Positions 58,158 to 64,000 of a stretch of 64,000 nucleotides of DNA are shown here, piece by piece. The number at the start of each line of letters is the position of its first letter. The stretch's first letter is position 1. The notes below the pieces were generated by a model. It was not told where the DNA came from. It saw nothing but the letters and a program-made list of their open reading frames with translations, and made no database searches. Position numbers and translations under genes: made by a program. This DNA is from Octopus vulgaris (taxonomy: Eukaryota): the NCBI GenBank assembly GCA_951406725.2, contig OX597817.1:84878001-84942000 (forward strand), read 5' to 3'.

Positions 58158-58160
<3 letters not shown>
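57943..58160 (-). mobile_element. (TA)n-embedded non-autonomous repeat carrying a hammerhead-like variant at 58045-58080
   Basis: Minus strand: cttt-CTGTCGA-agagcgtaggttc-GAAA-cg-TA-aaag. Stem I cttt/aaag; the core deviates from CUGANGA. Confidence 0.5.
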
Positions 58161-58219
<59 letters not shown>

Positions 58220-58251
58220 CATATACATATACATATGTATATATATACATA

Positions 58252-59221
58252 CCATAAATCCTCGAGCATAGTCCGCCCTTGAGTATAATACACAGGGGAT
58301 TTTTAGGGGACTGTACCTCTGAAAAACCTAAACCTTGTGCATAACATGCATCCCTTCTCTAACTTGAGTTAAGGAGGTCTATATAACGTCTTTGGTTTGT
58401 AAAAATGTATATGGTAACGTCCTTTATTATTGCCTTCTTGCCTTCTTTATCTTTGGTATCTGCTTAATTTCATATTTATTTCTTCTCCATAACCAGACAT
58501 TGCTTTCGTTAACATCAAATTTTCTTCTGGCAGCCCTACTACCATGCTCTTCAGCCTATGACATAACTTCAAGTTTAAACATAGCTGAATAAGATCTATG
58601 AGGCATTTTATGGGCATGAAATGTATAAAATGTTTTATTGGAAATTAATGTACATTTTTAAGTCCCGCTTATAAAAAGCCCTAGTAAAGACCCACAGTAG
58701 TGCAAACATTTAAAACTGGTATTTAATTAAGTATCTATTGTTTGCCACTGTAATAATGCAAACTATCAATACAAACAGCAGGATTAACTATTTAGCGCTA
58801 AACTATTAAGCACAATTCATGCGTAATTAAGCCAGCAGTACCCAGTCGAACAAACACTTCCGCGCATGCGAAATACAATACTAGTGATGTTTTTAACTGT
58901 TCTTTGGGAATGCAAAAATGTTTGCAAATTGTTTTTGTTACATGTTATTCTGTGATCTGAATACTTTTATTTTAATATATGTTGCTTACTGCAAGTTATG
59001 GATGATTCTTTTATGCCTTCATTGCTTTCAGGGCTTACCTTCAGGTATTTTCGTGCCCAACATCACAAAATGCGTCTGAATATACATTGCTGGATAGCAA
59101 ATAGAGACTCAGACATTGCTTAGAAAATATTTTTCATTTTTAACCTCGTATATAGTACACACTAGGGAATTTGACCTTTAAATTTTTGGAAAAAAATGCG
59201 GTTATACTCGAGGATGTACAG
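58252..59221 (-). mobile_element. Internally deleted pogo/Tc2-like DNA transposon
   Basis: TA on both sides. Imperfect TIRs ccataaatcctcgagcatagtccgc / gcggttatactcgaggatgtacag. Minus-strand remnant from ATG at 58606: MPHRSYSAMFKLEVMS*AEEHGSRAARRKFDVNESNVWLWRRNK (Brinker-type HTH of pogo transposases). Confidence 0.8.
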
Positions 59222-59224
59222 TAC

Positions 59225-60170
<946 letters not shown>

Positions 60171-60706
60171 TATCATCATTATCAGGAGAGGAGCGGCCTA
60201 TTTCGTCCGCTCTGAGTGCGAGAGTAGATCGAGGCCATCAACGTCGCCAGGGCCTCCAGTCATTCGCTTTTCCGGATGGAATTGCATGTCGTTCTCCCGA
60301 TGACACCAGCTACCCTGAGGGAAACATTGGAGGGAATCAGCTATTAGATGGCTCGATTGGTCTTTCATCCCTACACCCGGTTCCGATAATCGATTTGCAC
60401 GTCAGAGGCGCTTTGGACTTCCACCAGTGTTTTCACTGGCTTCATCCCAACCGGGCACGGATCTTCACCTTTCGGGTCCCCTGCTGCCTGGTACACCTGA
60501 GTATGGGCGTAAACACGATGACGTGTGCAAATGGGGTCGCAAACGTGCGGACCTGCCTCGGAAGCAATGCTTCGAGGTGCCCTGCGCGAGCCTAGATGTC
60601 GGTGCTTGGAGGCTCCAGTGACAGCAACGTGAGCAACAACGTGCCATGTTCTCGCATTCCTTGTGCTGTTGGAGTTTGTGAAGTAAAAGGCTCCAACGAC
60701 TCGCAT
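60171..60706 (-). pseudogene. 28S rRNA-derived segment (D3 expansion region plus following core), divergent, with a (TGA)n-like tail
   Basis: Minus strand GGACCCGAAAGGTG..GAAGCCAGTGAAAACACTGGTGGAAGTCC..CTGACGTGCAAATCG..GAAAGACCAATCGAGCCATCTAATAGCTGATTCCCTCCAATGTTTCCCTCAGGGTAGCTGG..ATCCGGAAAAGCGAATGA is collinear with the conserved eukaryotic 28S core. Not part of an rDNA unit. Confidence 0.85.
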
Positions 60707-60894
60707 ATATATATATATATATTTGTATTGGCATCCTTTCTGTCTCGGGAGACAATGGAGTTGCGCATTTTTTTTTTTTTTTTTTTTCCCTAGGTCTAGT
60801 CCGGCTGTTATATTTTATTTCCTGATACATTTCCTGCTGTGGCTATATATATATATATACACACACACACATGTATATATATGTATATATATAT

Positions 60895-60965
<71 letters not shown>

Positions 60966-61109
60966 GAATGTATGTATCTATAAATATATATATGTGTGTA
61001 AATATATGCATCTATCTATATATATGTATATATGGTGATATATATATATATATATGTATGTATATAAATACATATATATATGTATGTATATATGGCGCTA
61101 TATATATAT

Positions 61110-61341
61110 CATTATCATCATGATCATCGTTTAACATCCATTTTCCATGCTAGCATCGGTTGGATGGTTTGACCGGGTCTGGAAAGCCAGGAGGCTGTAC
61201 CAGGCTCCAGTCTGGATGCCCTTCCGAATGCCAACCACTCCATGATTGTAGTGGGTGCTTTTTATGTGCCACCGGTAGAGGTGCCAGGGGTGGCTGGCAA
61301 TGGCCATGATCAGTAGGTGCCCTATTATGTGCCACCGGCAT
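61110..61341 (-). mobile_element. RTE/SINE shared 3' tail fragment
   Basis: Ends ...gcatggaaaatggatgttaaacgatgatcatgatg; contains the gaagggcatccag motif also seen near 1355, 2268 and 3607. Confidence 0.6.
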
Positions 61342-61369
61342 AGAATATATATATATATATACATAATTC

Positions 61370-61413
<44 letters not shown>

Positions 61414-63173
61414 CTTATTACGACTAGTAATAACTAGTGCATTTTGTATCAAAAGCCAATGTGAGAGTTTCTTGAATGGTAACTACTACAGTTTAGTTAA
61501 TTGTAACATAACATCCATGTTTAAGTCGGGATAAATATGAACTCTGCGTATATAGCCACACACGCAGTCACACACAGATATATGTATGTATATATATATA
61601 TATATATATGTTTATATGAAAAATGTTGATGGGCACAATTTATAACATAAGTTCCCCATCTTTCACTACTATGGTTGTTTGCAACCTTTGCATTGAATAT
61701 CGCAAGTGCAATTGAATACTGGAGATAGCTGATGATAGTCTGCAGTATATCTTTAAATTAATCACAAGCAGTTATACAACTTATTGCAGACACAAGTTAT
61801 GTTATATAACCATTTATCTATCTTATATATATATAATATTAAGGGTTAACTAAACAAAGAAGCTGTTCTAAATAGTTGCTTCATCAAAAGAGATGAAACT
61901 GAAGTCATACTAATATTTATAGCATTCTGTTATTGTATAGAGAAGAAGATAATGTGTAACTTTTACATCTGATTTATATCAGTATTAATGTCAAATTTCT
62001 GGTAATAGATTTGTTTCAAACTGAAGACAGAATAATAAATAGAATGAAATTAAAAGAAAAAAACAAAACAATGTAATTAAGTATTTGAAATTTAGCCTTC
62101 ATAACATTTTCAAACAAATTAAAGCTTGCATGATTAAAAATATTTAAAAGCTAATTATTAAAAAAATTCAGATTTGAATAACAATGGATAGTGGAACTGA
62201 CAAGTTCTTCCTTGATAGTAGAAGACAACAATGCCTTAAGACATTCATTACTGGTCACAGTGGAAATAAAAAAATGGAAATTTTTTTTTAGAAACTATCT
62301 CTGACAGTTGAAATATAAACCAATATTAAAATAAAAAATAGAAATAAAAAAACAGAGTTTAACAGAATTAAGATTTAAAAATAATCAGGTTCTATTTTAT
62401 CATTAAAATAATAATTGCAAAAATATTTTAGTCAACAGAAAAATAACTCCTAACTGGATTTCAATAAATATTACCCACTTCCAGTTAATAAACTAAGTTT
62501 TATATTGGAGTTTGAAAGGCATAAACTTGGCTGAGCACCTTGTCATTGAACAATTACATTAAATTCTGATAGTAAACATTTATTTTTCTTCCAGACAAAT
62601 AAAAATCAATGTAGCAAATTTAAAATCTAATTCTTAGTGGTGCAGTTTTTTTTTTTTAATAGTTTATCTTAAGTGCTGAAAGCTATAACATTCAAAATAA
62701 AAAAAAATTATTAAGCTAAATAATTCTATTAGAATTTTTTAAAAGTCATAAAAAACTACAAGCTTTCAAGCCTTGTAAAATATTAAATTCATCGAGCAAG
62801 AGAAAAATAGCAAAATAATTTGAAAGAAAAAACACATCCCTTAAAAGCGAAGAACAAGTAAAATAAATTGAAAACACAAATACTCTACCTTAAAAACTGT
62901 TAAGAATTTAAAAACACCCACCTATTATATACTGAATCCAATAGAAAAATAAATGAAAATATCATTTTCCTAATTTATATGAGAGACAAAAAAAAAGATT
63001 TCTTTCTTGTCCTTCAGTATATGAAATAAGTTGAAAGCTTTATATTAGGTTTAAAAACTAGAAATACATTGCTCAGACACCTGATGTAGGGATAGCTTTC
63101 TATGGAGACTGAGATGTAAAATTCTAGTGCAGGAGATTGATATAAAAAAAGAAAGAAAATGAGGTTAACTTAC

Positions 63174-63475
63174 ATGCACTTGCTCCATTCTCAATTTCTA
63201 GCATCCAAGTTCCTTTGGCAAACTCTCCCCAATTATGTGTTGTCATGAAAGCCCAATTGCTAAATCCATCTTGTGAAGTATCTCTGGTTCTTCGAGCAAG
63301 CAAGGTTGATCTTGTCCCCATTGGTGAAGTTAAGAAAATTTGTATTTCTCCTCGACGGTCTGATGTTAATGTAACACGTGCCTGCACATGTTCTAAATAT
63401 TTTACATGGTTATTTCTTCCTTCACAGCCAGTAGAATAAAGAGCAGCAGTCACTCTGCTATTTGGAGGGACAACT
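63174..63475 (-). CDS. furin: Furin-like proprotein convertase, P-domain exon (upstream exons lie beyond the window)
   Basis: Encodes VVPPNSRV...CEGRNNHVKYLEHVQARVTLTSDRRGEIQIFLTSPMGTRSTLLARRTRDTSQDGFSNWAFMTTHNWGEFAKGTWMLEIENGASA, matching furin P-domain motifs (LEHxQAR, SPMGTRSTLL, WAFMTTHxW, WxLEIEN). Acceptor ttcag ends at 63476; donor GTAAGT starts at 63173; length 302 nt. Confidence 0.95.
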
Positions 63476-63699
63476 CTGAAAATTAGACAAATGAAAAATT
63501 GCAAGACTAGACATACCAATTATCCTTTTGTAAGACAGTAAAATATATACACAAAGCCTTGCTGTTGTCTAATACACAGTAAAAACAATAAAATTCTAGG
63601 AAATAAACCATGCTATAAGTCAGAAAATGGTGACAGAAGTAGTGAAAACAGTGGAATAAATATTATACTATGCAAAAGAAAAGTTTAATATACAGACAT

Positions 63700-63915
63700 A
63701 TGTATTGTATTTGTATGGTCATGGCCACGTAGATGCATTGGGATGAGGATAGCTGTATAAATGCTGATTACTTAAAATGGATGGGACTTGTGGAAGAGGG
63801 AGACCAAGAAAGACATGGGATGAAGTGATAAATGCTGATCTCAGGAACTTGAATCTCATGGAGAAGATGATAAAGGATCAGGCTGACTGGGAATCTGTAA
63901 TGCTCAAGGAGACCT
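63700..63915 (+). mobile_element. RTE LINE 3' fragment
   Basis: DGTCGRGRPRKTWDEVINADLRNLNLMEKMIKDQADWESVMLKET. Confidence 0.7.
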
Positions 63916-64000
63916 GCTCATCATGGCAAAACCAAGGTTCTGGAAGCATAATGTGCATACACTCAATGGACCCCTTGCCTAATTTCCCCATCAAATCTTC

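Noticed and set aside
60171-60706. Functional rRNA gene
   Set aside because: Only a ~0.5 kb internal fragment flanked by microsatellites, with no other rDNA context.
60371-60830. GC-rich ORFs (111 and 121 aa, minus strand) with Cys/His patterns
   Set aside because: Explained by 28S rRNA-derived sequence; no protein motif is supported.

Overview
AT-rich eukaryotic DNA, most likely octopus/coleoid cephalopod (inferred from SINE types, RTE tails and very long (TA)n/(TACA)n tracts). The only host coding sequence I can support is the 3' end of a furin-like proprotein convertase on the minus strand: a P-domain exon (63174-63475) that joins in frame, across a ~50.7 kb intron, to a probable last exon (12076-12449) with no Cys-rich or transmembrane domain. 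The intron holds many transposon relics: a complete IR/DR Tc1 nested in an RTE tail, an irritans-like mariner, an internally deleted pogo element, RTE LINEs, a Penelope-like element, a Gypsy relic, a HINE-like element and tRNA-SINEs. The most unusual part is the microsatellite-rich block at ~48-61 kb. It contains type I hammerhead ribozyme motifs, three near-perfect 56-72 bp inverted repeats and a divergent but still structured 28S rRNA-derived segment with a (TGA)n-like tail. Nearly all ORFs in the supplied track are microsatellite artefacts. Family assignments come from motif recognition by eye, not database searches.
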